Shown: positions 1 through 12,224 of the stretch, piece after piece
Position numbering within the stretch: the stretch's first letter is position 1
Layout: each line of letters opens with the position of its first letter
NCBI RefSeq assembly: GCF_009914755.1
Contig: NC_060937.1
Length of the DNA: 64,000 nt
Strand: one strand, 5' to 3'
Source: the human T2T-CHM13v2.0 reference genome, Homo sapiens
The notes under the pieces: model-generated
The model's input: the letters and a program-made list of their open reading frames with translations, nothing else
The model's database searches: none
What the model was told of the DNA's origin: nothing
Translations under genes and position numbers: made by a program

Positions 1-1830
1 TGGTTCTCTAAAGAGACAGGTTTGAAATACCAGAAGTTTCCTGGCTCAGAATTTTGGAATGGGTAGATTATGTGGAACCAGCCCAGCTACTTTATTACCA
101 CATTATCCTACTCTGTGTAGATGGGAGATCATGGACGAGAAGCACTGTGGAATTTGGCTGTTTGATTTCAATGGAAGAAGAGTAATAAAGATCAAATGGT
201 GATTCCTAACAGTGAAAGACAGAGCACTATTACTGTGAAAAGTAATGGAGACATAGAAATAATAAAAGCATTGTGAAATTCAGTGATCACTTGTGACTAA
301 ATAACCCCTATGAATGAACCCAGAGGAATGAAACATATTGCAGTTTACTAAGATAACTCCTGCCTATACAAGCAAAAAGGTCCATGTTTGACGGGGAGAA
401 ATCCAAGCGGAAGAATTACAGTGGGGAATCTCAGCCTCTTACCTAGGTGTCAGACAATGCCTGTTTACAGACACAGAGCTCCTTGATTGAAGGAGAGTTT
501 GTCTTTTTGGAAAAAAAAAAAAAGGAAACAAAGCCACATATGTACGCACTGAATCTTCAGTAAAACATTATTAGTGGATGTGGTGGCCATTGATGAAGGT
601 GTCAGTATTTTGGTAGGAGAAATAAACAATCTAGAGATCAGTAGATGTTAAATCTGAACTAACATTAATACCTAAAGATAAAAATCTTCATCAATAAAGA
701 CACAAAGTGGCCACTCTGTAATTTATAGAGATTGAGTGAGTCTTGACCTGAGTCCATTCTACGGTTATTTTCTTAATCTCAGAATATGTAAAGGAGATAT
801 AAATACACTTACTTATGTACAGCTACTCACAGGCTTCCTTGATCATGGAGTGAGGGCTATTAAGGTAGAAATAATTGTTTCCTAACCCTTCATTAAAACA
901 TTATATTAAAAACAATATTGCACTGGGGAGGGATTGTAGATGTTAGTGCCACTAACGAAGACTTGCAAGCTAGGAGTGTAGAGATTCCTATTGCATCCTC
1001 ATTTTTTAACTCTGTATTTGGCCACTGTAGAAGATAGAGAGGTCTTGTAAAGTGAAATTGGATATTTGTCCACTTAATCAGATGCTGATAAATTACAGTT
1101 GTTATTTTGATCTTATATCTTTGCTCTGCTTGCCGAGACTCTGTATGCATCTATTCACCTAACGAATCTGTTTTCTACCAAAATTCAGGGAGATAATCAG
1201 AAGCAATTTGTCTTTATTTCACAGGGCAGCCGTACACCTTCAGTATTTTATTGCAGGTCTACTTAAACTTTTTTGCTCTCAATCGTGATGCAGCCTGCAG
1301 GAACTTTAAAAATGTTCATACTCTACCAAACATTACAGCATTTCAGGGATGATATTATGCTTATGCTTATTGGACCTGGTGAGAAGGGAGTAGCAAACAA
1401 CTCAAGTGCTTCAGCTGATGGCAAGTATGCTGGAAGGTAGCTTTTCACTGCAGGCATTTCATTTGATGGCAAGTATGCTGGAAGGTAGCTTTTCACTGCA
1501 GGCATTTCATTTGATGGCAAGTATGCTGGAAGGTAGCTTTTCACTGCAGGCATTTCATTTGATGGCAAGTATGCTGGAAGGTAGCTTTTCACTGCAGGCA
1601 TTTCATTTGATGGCAAGTATGCTGGAAGGTAGCTTTTCCCTGGAGGCATTTCAGTTGATGGCAAGTATGCTGGAAGGTAGCTTTTCCCTGGAGGCATTTC
1701 AGTTGATGGCAAGTATGCTGGAAGGTAGCTTTTCACTGCAGGCATCACTATGAACTTGTGATATATATGGCCACTGTAAGGGCCTAGTGCAAGATTCCAG
1801 GAGTACAGAGCATACCTAGTACCCAGATCT
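1..1830 (+). mobile_element. Degenerate ERVL-class (HERV-L/ERVL-E-like) internal region: gag-pro-pol relic
   Basis: ~638-680 reads SVDVKSELTLIPKD (ERVL protease LDTGSELTLIPGD). ~1222-1280 reads QGQPYTFSILLQVYLNF with a frameshift (ERVL RT QGQQYTFTVLPQGYINS). 1339-1362 reads HFRDDIML followed by IGPGEKGVA (YxDD motif, HYIDDIMLIGPSEQEVA). Many stops and frameshifts. Confidence 0.8.
1410..1745. repeat. 48-bp minisatellite, ~7 copies
   Basis: Unit TGATGGCAAGTATGCTGGAAGGTAGCTTTTCACTGCAGGCATTTCATT starts at 1416, 1464, 1512, 1560, 1608, 1656 and 1704. Units 5-6 share three variant bases (CCCTGGAGG...CAGT). Confidence 0.97.
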
Positions 1831-1834
1831 TGAT

Positions 1835-2990
1835 TTCCCAATGTTCATTTCTACTAAATGAACCAGAGCCTGCTACTCGGAGAAATACATGATTCCAGGT
1901 CTAATATTTCCATTTTCAAGTGAAAATGCAAGCTTCATTTATTTGTTTATGGAAATGAATAACATGGTAATGTGTTAAACATATTTAATATGAAAAATAA
2001 TGACTATAGGGATAACTTAAAAGTTTTAGACATATAAGAAGAAAAGAAAGAAGGAAAATTTTACAGAAAATGCTGGGTAATAAATAAAGAAGACATGATA
2101 CAGTTGGAATCTCTTCATTTTAGAACTAACTTTCAGTGTGAAATTGCTTCAGGCAACGATCTTCAGTTGGGTGACAGGTGGTTGGAGAACAGAGTACTCA
2201 AATTGTCTCAAAGTGTTCCACCAAAATATAAGTATCAATTTCAAAGTAAAATAGGTTCCTTTACTATGAAACAATCTGATGGTGACCACCTTCATGCAAT
2301 TTATTACCTCCTAAAATGTGAACACATGGAATGCCTCCTGACAATATGTGGTGAGCGGTGCCACAAGACTTATGGTATGTTACTATGAAATGTGTAACAT
2401 GAGCTGGTCTCCAGGAAACACATCAACATATGATTGCTGTGTATTTAACAACAAAACTGGAACAGGAATCATCCAAACTTCCCCTATTATAGAGAGAAGA
2501 GCTAAAGAGGCTGTTGAGATTAAAAAATTTTTAAAAAAGGAACTAAAGATAAGCAACCCAGATAAGTGTGTAAACATTTATTGAATTCTAGATAAAAAAC
2601 AAACCAACAAAAAGACATGAAAGACTCAGGACAAAAGAAAAAAACTAGAATTATCCAGCATATATTAGATTATGTTGTAGAAATAATGTTAATTTTCTTC
2701 AACGTGGTAATGGTATTGTGTTATAAAAACAATGTCCTATTTGTAGGATATTCATGTCAAAAATTTTGGAGATATGTATCATGTGTGTGCCATACTTTTA
2801 ATGGTTCAGAAGAAAAAGAAAAAATAGTCTGCAGCAGAGCTGATCTGAGAGCTACTTTATCTGAATGAGGTACACATCGTTCTTGAGTCGAGAAAAGAAG
2901 GGGATTTTATTCTTTGTAACATCTTAAGCAAGATTATTATTTTTATTGTGATATTCATAAAAATTTACTCATCTTACAATGTAAGCATAT
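1835..2990 (+). mobile_element. Old L1 3' UTR (L1MC4/L1ME-like)
   Basis: Matches remembered L1MC4-type 3' segments (AAATGAACCAGAGC...GATTCCAGGTCT; GTCTCAAAGT...CCACCAAAATA; AATGGTTCAGAAGAAAA). Confidence 0.6.
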
Positions 2991-3041
2991 AGTGTGTAAA
3001 AGGCAATTTAGTGTTCAGTTTTGCCAGCTTCTAAAAGTGTA

Positions 3042-4211
3042 CAATCACGTGTTTCTTAACAACAGGGATACCTTCTGAGAAGTGTGTCGTTAGGCAATTT
3101 TGCAACCATCATAGAGTGTACTTACACAAACCTAAATGGGATAGCATAGTACACCTAGGCTATAGGGTATGGCCTATTACTCCTAGGCTACAAACTTGTA
3201 CAGCATGTTACTGTACTGAGTCTAGGAGGCAATTGTAAAAGAATGGCCACTGTATATGTATCTCAACATATGTAAACATAGAAAAGTAACAAACAATATA
3301 TGGTAGAAAAGGTTAAAAATGGCACACCTGTGTAGGACACTTATCATGAATGGAGCTTGCAGGATGGGAAGTTGCTCTGGGTGAGTGAGTGAGTGAGCAG
3401 TGGGTGAATGTGAAGGGCTAGGACAGTACTGTATACTACTGCAGACTTTGTAAATACTGTACACTTAATTTATACAAAATAATTTATCTTCAATAATAAA
3501 TTAACCTTAGCTTCTATAACTTTTACTTTATAAATTTTTTAATTTTTTTAACGTTTTGGCCCTTGTAATGACGCAGCTTAAAATGCAAGCATATTGTACA
3601 ACTGTATAAAAATATTTTCTTTGTTTATACTCTTATTCTATAAAGCTTTCTATATTTTAATTTTTTATCTTACTTTATAAACATTTTTTGTTAAAAGCTA
3701 AGACACAAACACACACATTAGCCTAGGCCTACACAGGGTCAGGATCATCAATGTCACGGTCTTCCACCTCCACATCTTGTCCTACTGGAAGGTCTTCAGG
3801 GTCAGAAACACACATGGAGCTGTCCTCTCCTATAACAGTATCTTCTTCTGGAATACCTCCTGAGGAACCAGTCTGAGGCTGTTTTACAGTTTTTTTTTTT
3901 ATATAAATAAAAGGAATACACTCTAAAAGGTAAACAGTATAATACTGTTAATATATAAATCCTTAATATAATTGTCTATTATCAGTATCAAATATTACAT
4001 ACTGTGCATAATTATACGTACTAGACTTTTAAGTGCAATAGATTTGTTTATACCAGTGCCACCATGAAACATGAGTAATTCATTGTCCTATGACCTTAAA
4101 ATGGCTACAATATCACTAGGCAATAGGAATTTTCAGCTTCGTTATATTCTATGAGACTACTGTTGTGTACATGGTCTGTTGACTGAAATATCGTTACGTG
4201 GTGTGGGCCTG
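3042..4211 (+). mobile_element. Tigger3b (TcMar-Tigger DNA transposon), near full length
   Basis: TA at 3040-3041 then CAATCACGTG...TTAACAACAGGGATACCTTCTGAGAA. Internal GGAAGTTGCTCTGGGTGAGTGAGTGAG. Ends GACTGAAATATCGTTACGTGGTGTGGGCCTG. Length ~1.17 kb. Confidence 0.88.
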
Positions 4212-4390
4212 TGTTACTAACTATTCTGCTATAAATTTCTAATAATATAAAATATTTCTCATCTGTTAACATTTCTACTGGGCTTCAAATATTGGTTTAT
4301 CGCACTAAACTAATTTACTGTTATTCTCAATAAACATATATCAAATTCTGTTTTTTCTTTTTCTTTTGACATGGTATTTCTGTGTTTTAG

Positions 4391-5640
4391 GTTAAATGAT
4401 TGAGCCCCTATCAGTTACTCAACACTAAAATTTGGTGTCTGGATAAAAATACAATTTTTGGAACGTGGACTTCCTGAATATAACTTGAATTTATAATTAA
4501 ACAACATTAGATAAAGGAAACACATGAGTTTAGAGACATGACAAAGTCAATGAACTGATTTCACAGAATGGTCAGCTAGATGATTAGCATGTTAAAATAG
4601 CATATTTATCATAAATGATATAGTATCAAATGACTTATACTGAAATGATAGTAGTGAAATATGTGGCAGCCATTAGGATTTGAATATATTAACGTAAAAA
4701 TAATGTATTCATATGATATTATATTACTATGAATTTTGATTAGCAATTTATTTTCAACATTGATAAAGGGAATTTGAAACATGGATTTATTATTATTCAG
4801 TTTAAGCATTTATATTTTTCTCCCTTCTGAATATTTTTCCTTTTTTGATTCATCTTAATTTTCTTTATAACTTAATGACTGTTCCCTGGATATTAGATGC
4901 CTTCAGCAATAATATTTTACTTTCATGTTTTCAGCAGATGCAAAGACTGTTGATTTCTTCTAAGTACAATTAAGTTGAATTTTATCGTGTCCTTAATGTA
5001 GTTATATAATCACCCAACAACTTTACTTAGAAGTAAATAAATCATGCTTGTTTAAGATTAAACCATAAAAATTATATTTTTATTAAAGATTTTTAAGTTT
5101 TTGTCAAGAAGTTCTTCTTTAAATTCTTGCTTGCTCCAAAAAAAATACTTAGAATGCTATGGAATGATACTACAAGCTACAAAATCTTCAAGTGTTTTTA
5201 AAATGCAATGCATTAGACCTTTTAAAGTGTCCTCAAAGTTATGATGAAAATTGCCATAGAACTTCTCTAATTTCTCTAGCAGGGACCCTCTCTTTCTCAT
5301 AAAATATGTAATTTGTGGACACTAAAATGAAAATAATACTAATTCTCAATATCTTGTTAATACAGTGAAACAATCACATCCATAGTCCAGAGTGGGTCAT
5401 TTCAGTTGGCCAGAGTTGGTCATTTCAATTGAAATGGTTGATCCTGATTTTGAGCAAAGGAGATTATGTGATCCCTGGTCAATCCTTAAAACCTGAAACT
5501 GCAAACCACATAACTTACCCTTTTTGTATTGCATTAGACTTTCATAGACAATGGAGACAATTGATGGTAATGTTATTATTTCAACTGGATGTTATTACAC
5601 CAGTGATTTCCAAAAATCCCAGACAACACTGAGAGGCCTA
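4391..5640 (+). pseudogene. Cadherin-repeat relic, block A
   Basis: Acceptor TGTTTTAG|4391. WCLDKN (4433-4450). GNT*V*RHDKVNELISQNGQLDD*HVK in one frame (4516-4596; cf. GN...F.ID..TG.I....LDYE). LNDCS (4871). YGMILQAT (5158-5181). LSFS*N. VISIEMVDPD (5419-5448). Confidence 0.55.
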
Positions 5641-5856
5641 ATAAAACCAATGAAAATAAACTCAAATATATGTCAAAAGCGGGATCACTAGTATTAAATC
5701 AAATTGCATTTGTTATTTATTCTAAATGTTCAGAAACTAGTATTGTTGAGTAGTTGAAGGAAGAAAGAAACTTTTTTTTTTTTTCTGGAAGATTAAAGAG
5801 AGGTGATTTGGGAATTTTATTTTTTTTCCTGTAAACTGCATGTTAGAATTAAGTCT

Positions 5857-8168
5857 GTTTTTTTCTCCTATTTTTTTTTTCTTCAACTTTTATTTTAAGT
5901 TCAGGGGTACATGTGTAGGATGTGCAGATTTGTTACATAAGTAAACATATGCCATGGTGGTTTGCTGCCTAGATCATTGCATCACCTAGGTGTTAAGCCC
6001 AGCATCCATTAGCTATTCTTCTTGATGCTCTCCCTCCCCACTTCCCTCTCCAACAGGCCCCAGTGTGTGTTGTTCCCCTCCATATGTCCGTGTGTTCTGA
6101 TCATTCAGCTCCCACTTATAACTGAGAACATGTGGTGTTTGGTTTTCTGTTCCTGCATTAGTTTGCTAAGGACAATGGCTTCCAACTCCATCTATGTCCT
6201 TGCAAAGGACATGATCTCATTCCTTTTTATGTCTGCATAGTATTCTATGATGTATATGTACCACATTTTATTTATTCAGTCTATAATTGATGGGGATTTA
6301 GGTTGATTCCATGTCTTTGCTATTGTGAATATTGCTGCAATGAATATATGTGTGCATGTATCCTTATAATAGAATGATTTATATTCCTTTGGTTATATAT
6401 CCAGTAATGAGATTGCTGGGTCAAATGGTATTTGTGCCTCTAGGTCTTTGAGGAATCGCCACACGGTCTTCCACAATGGTTGATTTATACTCCCAAAATG
6501 GTTTAATTTATACTCCCAACAACAGTGTAAAAGGTCTCCTTTCTCTCTGCAGCCTCACCAGCACCTGTGGTTTTTTGATTTTCTAATAGTAGCCATTCTG
6601 ACACACAGGACATGGTATCTTATTGTGGTTTGGATTTGCATTTCTCTAATGATCATTGATGTTGAGCTTTTTATTTTCACATGCTTGTTGGCTGCATGTA
6701 TGCCTTCTTTTGAGAAGTGTCTGTTCAAGTCATTTGGTACTTTTTAATGTTTTTTTTTTTCTTGTAAATTTGTTTAACTTCTTTTTAGACTCTTCGTATT
6801 AGACCTCTGTCAGATGGATATATTGCAAAAATTTTCTCCCATTTTTAGATTGTCTGTTCACTCTGATGATAGTTTATTTTGCTGTGCAGAAGTTCATTAG
6901 TTTAATTAGATCCCATTTGTCAATTTTTGCTTTCTTTGCAATAGCTTTTGGTATTTTTGTCATGAAATTTTTACCCGTGCCTATGTCTTGAATGGTATTG
7001 CCTAGATTTTCTTCTAGGGCTTTTATAGTTTTGGGTTTTACATTTAAGTCTTTAATTCATCTTGAATTAATTTTTGTAATATAGTATAAGGAAGGGGTCC
7101 AGTTTCAATTTTCTGCTTATGGCTAGCCAGCTTTTCCAGCAGCATTTATTAAATAGGGAGTCCTTTCCCCATTGCTTTTGTTAGGTTTGTCCATAGATGC
7201 AGAAAAGTCCTTGGATAAAATTCAACATCCTTTCATGTTAAAAACTGTCAATGAACTAGGTATTGAGGGACTATACCTCAAAATAAGAGCCATATATGAT
7301 AAAACCACAGCCAATATCATTCTAAATGGGCAAAATCTGGAAGCATTTCCCTTGAAAATTATCACAAGACAAGGATGTCCTCTCTCACCACTTTTATTCA
7401 ACATAGAATTGGAAGTTCTGGCCAGGGTAATCAGGCAAGAGAAATGAATAAAGGGTATTAAAATAGGAAGACAGGAAGTCAAATTATCTTTGTTTCCAGA
7501 TGACATGATCCTATATCTAGAAAAACCCATCGTCTCAGCCCACAAGCTTCTTAAGCTGACAAGCAACTTCAGCAAATCTTAGAATACAAAACCAATGTGC
7601 AAAAAAATCCCTAGCATTTCTATACACCAACAACAGGTAAGCAAAAAGCCAGATCATTAATGACCTCGCATTCACAATTGCTACAAAAAGAATAAAATAC
7701 CTAGGAATACAGCTAAAAAGAGATGTGAAAGACCTCTTCAAGGAGAACTACACACCACTGCTTGAAGAAATCAGAAAGGACACTAACTAACAAATGGAGA
7801 AACAGTCCATGCTCATAGATATAGGAAGAATCATTATTGTGAAAATGGCCATACTGTACAAAGTAATTTATAGATTCAATGCTATTCACATTAAGCTACT
7901 GTTGAATTTGCTCACAGAATTAGAAAAATACTCTTTTAAAATTCATATAAAACCAAAAAAAAGAGCCCAAATAGCTGAGACAATCCTAAACAAAAAGAAC
8001 AAAGCTGGAGATATCATGCTACCCACGTTCAGATTACACAACAAGGCTACAGTAACCAAAACAGTATTATACGATATAAGAACAGACACATAGACCAATG
8101 CAACAGAATAGAGAACTCAGAAATAAGACCACACACCCAGAACCATCTGATCTTCTACAAACCTGACA
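5857..8168 (-). mobile_element. 5'-inverted (twin-primed) L1PA (older, ~PA10-13) insertion
   Basis: Poly-T plus L1 3' UTR/ORF2 on the minus strand 5857-~7191, then plus-strand ORF2 7192-8168 ending at the same L1 position (ACAAACCT(G/A)ACA overlap). Degenerate TSD GAATTAAGTCT (5846) / TAATTAAGTTT (8169), followed by TT|AA. Confidence 0.9.
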
Positions 8169-8216
8169 TAATTAAGTTTTTAATTTAAAATATCTGTTGC
8201 CTTGATATTTTATTAC

Positions 8217-8505
8217 TTTTTTTTTTTTGACAGAGTCTTATTCTGTCACCCAGGCTGTAGTGCAGTGGTGCGATCTTGGCTCACTGTAACCTCTGCCTCC
8301 CGGGTTCAAGTGATTCTTCTGCCAAGACTCCTGAGTAACTGGGACTAGAGGTGCCCACCCCTACATCTGGCTAATTTTTGTATTTTTAGTAGAGACGGGG
8401 TTTCACCATATTGGCCAGGCTGGTCTCGAACTCCTTACCTCGTGATCTGCCCGCCTCTGCCTCTCAAAGTGCTGGGATTACAGGTGTAAGCCACCGCACC
8501 CGGCC
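8217..8505 (-). mobile_element. AluS (Sg-like)
   Basis: Full dimeric Alu in reverse with poly-T head and CCTCGTGATC diagnostic deletion; ends ...CACCCGGCC. Confidence 0.93.
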
Positions 8506-8589
8506 TGATTTCTTTTTTTTTTTTTAAAACACTCATAAAACATCAATCCTTCTTCACACTCTCTTCTGCTTACAAAATTTTGGTTTGGT

Positions 8590-9428
8590 GGAAGTCAGCC
8601 CAATGTCACAGATTTTTGCATGCTGATAAGAATGCAGATGTGTCTATAAAATTGTATTTTCTCAAATTTTTTCACTTACTGTGCAAACATTTGGCAAATT
8701 ATAAATATGAGTTTCTATTTAAGTGTGACACAGTTTTTAGTTAGTTTTATTGAATGTGATAATTAAATACAATTGCCTGAGCATAAGTGTGAGTAATGTA
8801 CATACGATTTTGATGTGTATGTACAATAAAATATGAATTGAAAATACATGCAATAATAAATATTTCTATGATGAGGATAAGCTACCTCAAAGGACTGTTA
8901 AGGGGATCAAATGTAAAAATGAGGGATACTTTGTAAATTGTAAATTGATATCTAAGTGGTAGTTATGTTTTTCATTTGTGATCTAATAATAAAAGTAGGT
9001 GGTATTTAGCTTCACTTTAGTGGCATCTTTTTAGATTGTCCTTTTAACGTTTATCAATATCAGTTATAATGGATATTACAAATGATGGTATGAATACATT
9101 CTAATTAGTTGAATATTTTAATTATTAAAAATATTCTTTATTTTTTACCTATAGCTGAAATTTTCATATATGCAAAAATAATATCTTTTCTTAAAAATGA
9201 ATTTTAATGACTATCTCTTTAGTAGAATTTGGTTATCAAAAAGAAGACAAGGTTTCTGCAGGTTGTGGCCTAAGAGGAAGTGCAGGTTTTGTTTGGTTTT
9301 GTGTTGTTGCAAGCAAAGCAGTTTTTATCATCAAACCATCATGACTGCTTTGATATCATGTTAGTTTGAATAATGGACTTTGACAATTTGTTTCACCACA
9401 ACTATAGAATATGTGTTATAGATCTATG
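8590..9428 (+). pseudogene. Cadherin-repeat relic, block B
   Basis: NVTDF/HADKNADVS (8602-8645; cf. ATDxDxGxNAxVxY). FSFTLVAS...SVIMDITND (~9005-9090). (E)NL...TRFLQVVA* (9223-9273). SNHHDCFDI. Donor TATG|GTGGGT at 9428/9429. Confidence 0.5.
8865..8965 (+). mobile_element. MIR fragment
   Basis: GAGGATAAGCTACCTCAAAGGACTGTTAAGGGGATCAAATG resembles the MIR 3' region. Confidence 0.4.
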
Positions 9429-10839
9429 GTGGGTGATTTATATTAGATTCACTTTGCATACTGTCTTATTCCTAATACACATTTCTAGGTAATTTCAACA
9501 ATTTATTGGAAAAATTAAAATATTAAACTCTATAACCCAAGTTAACATGTGTATTATTTATAAGTCAAAGAAAACTAATGATATAATTAAGAAATGACTA
9601 TGCTATCCTTAATATCTTCTTTAAACATTCATTTTAATATATATTTATTTTTTCATTGTGAAAGTAATTTACATTTAAAATGTAAAATTTGAAAACGTTT
9701 TAAAAAGAAAATAAATATCACTAAAGTTGGCCAATGTTAATATTTGTATAGCTGGAATTTTAGTCATTTTCTTTATGGAATTCATACATAATCTCCAAAT
9801 TGGTATTTCATTACATATCTCCATCTTTGTTTCCCTTTGTCTACTCACCTACATATGGTTTTGTGTTCTTTAAATTCTTTATTAAGAATATTTAAATGTA
9901 TTAACACATGTTATATCATAGTACATGTATCAAAATTTCAACTGAACTTATATTAACATTTAAAATTTTTAATTAAAATGTATCAAATCAATATATGAAA
10001 TTTGTTTCTAAATTTTGTTTCCATGTTTTATTCTTTGATAATAATGTGCTTCTGGGAGTAAAGTTATTAAGTTCAACTTTATATGATATCTTAAAAGAAC
10101 TTTAAAGAAATACCCAACTATCTTTTCACAAAATTTGCAATACTTATATAAACAATATCACTTAATAAGAGTGCATATGTTATTGAACCTTAATGCATTT
10201 GATACAACAATGTTATCTCTTATTTTAATTATGCAGTTTGATTAAAAAAGCTATTATATAAATTGGCATATGTTCAGTCAATAATTTTGTTCTTTTTTGA
10301 AAAAAGTAGTCTTAAGCTGTGTATTTTTTTCTTTTAGTATGTTAATATTAATGCTATTTTTAAAAGATAGGTTAATTGTACTAATGCTTAGTTTATGAGT
10401 TTTGTTCCTTGCAAAAACTTTTGCTTTATTTTCCAGGTAATCAATTACATTGTTTTTTATTTGTGTTATATTACCTTGCATTTTACTTAAAAATGTTTTT
10501 ATGATAGGTCGGTGACATATTCTTCTATATTTTTCTAGTATTCTATGTTTTACTCAGCCTAAGCAGAATTTTATCTTTTTTCTCTTTATTTATCATAAAT
10601 AATTTTTCTCATAAGATGAATTTCTAACTCCTTAATCTATGTCTTACTTATCTCAAATTACCAGTTATCCCAAGATTTCTTCTCCACTCATTTGTGATGT
10701 CTTCTTTATTGTCTACAACTCTCCCTGGACAAGGATTTGTTTAAGGTCTACTATCTTTCCTTTCTTTCTTCCTTCTTTCCTTTTTTCTCCCTTCCTTTAC
10801 TTCCTCTCTCTTTTTTTCCTCCTTTTCTCCCTCTTTCCC

Positions 10840-11225
10840 TGATATGATTTGGCTGTGTCCCCACTCAAAATCTCATCCTGAATTCTAATCTCCATAATCT
10901 CCATAACCCCCATGTGTCAAGGGAGAAACCAGGGGATGGTAACTGAATAATGGGGCAGTTTCCCCCATGCTGTTCTTGTGATAGTGAGTGAGTTCTCACA
11001 AGATATGATGGTTTTATAAGTGTTAGTTATTTCCTCCTAGTTCATTCTCCTTCCTGCTGGCCGGTGGAGAAGGTGCCTTGCTTCCCCTTTGCCTTCCCCC
11101 ATGATTGTAAATTTCCTGAGGCCTCCCTAATCATGCTGAACTATGAGTCAATTAAACCTCTTTCCTTTTTAAATTACCCAATCTCGGGCAGTTCTTTATG
11201 GCAGTGTGAAAAAAGGATGAATATA
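10840..11225 (+). mobile_element. THE1D-like MaLR solo LTR
   Basis: TGATATGATTTGGCTGTGTCCCCAC...ATTAAACCTC...GATGAATATA with 5-bp TSD TTCCC (10835-10839 / 11226-11230). Preceded by a CT-rich tract. Confidence 0.92.
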
Positions 11226-12224
11226 TTCCCTCTGTTTCTTCCTTTTTGTTTCTTTTATGCCTTTCAACTGTCTATTGATATTTGTACAAGTATCACTTTG
11301 CTTTATTACTTCAAATTATATTGAAATATATGAATAAGCAAATACATAAGGAAAGTCCAAAGCATTGCTCTAGACAATAACAAAATTTTCTGTTGATTCT
11401 TCTGGATGCACTTTAGAAAAATTGTACCATGCTGTCCTAAAATAAAAGAAAACAATAATGGAATAATTTTATTTTTTGGATAATCATTAATTTAGAAAGA
11501 AATTTAACTTTGTTATTATAACATTTAGTCTCCTTATTAGGATATATGTCATCTCTACACTGGATTTCATAAATAGTGTGTATGTCTTTCAATAATGTTT
11601 TGCAGTTTTTGCTCATATGGGCTTTTATATTTTTAATAATTAACTTTCTATGACTTTCTATATCAAAAATATTATTGTAAACAAAATATATTTCTTTATT
11701 ATTGTTCAAACTAGTTATTGCCATATTTTCCATATGTATTAATCTTTAATTTTTCTTCATCTGAACATTTTATTGCACTCGCTAATTTTACGGTTTATTT
11801 TCTGATATAGAATCTACTTGATTATTAACACAAGAAAAATTTGCTCCCATCATTTTTACTAGTTTTGTTCCATACTTCTTTTTTATTCTTTGTGATCTTC
11901 CCAGAAATCCAGGAAGTATATTAAATAATGGTGACAGCAGATATTTTTATGGAAACATCTCTAGTATTTTACTGCATATATGAGAGGAGTGTTTGACTAG
12001 GTGGACCATACTCTTGATTCTAGTTATATGTTATTGAATACCTTTCTTCAGTTATTGAAATTACTTTTCAAAAATTGATGTATTAATAGATTTTCTAGTA
12101 CTTTCTTTTATAACTGGATAATTATTTTCTTAGAGTAGTGCCATCATAGGTGAGCTCAGGTTGTGACATTCTATTTTATTCTCAACTTACCTTGAGTTTA
12201 TTGGACATTCTATTTTATACTCAA

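Noticed and set aside
1323-1841. 172-aa and 115-aa repetitive ORFs as real genes, or the array as CRISPR
   Set aside because: The ORFs follow from a stop-free 48-bp unit. Units are head-to-tail with no unique spacers, there are no cas genes, and the context is primate DNA.
5519-5637. Minus-strand exon with good acceptor and GTAAG donor
   Set aside because: All three frames contain stops and show no recognisable protein. It cannot be excluded as a lncRNA exon, but nothing else supports it.
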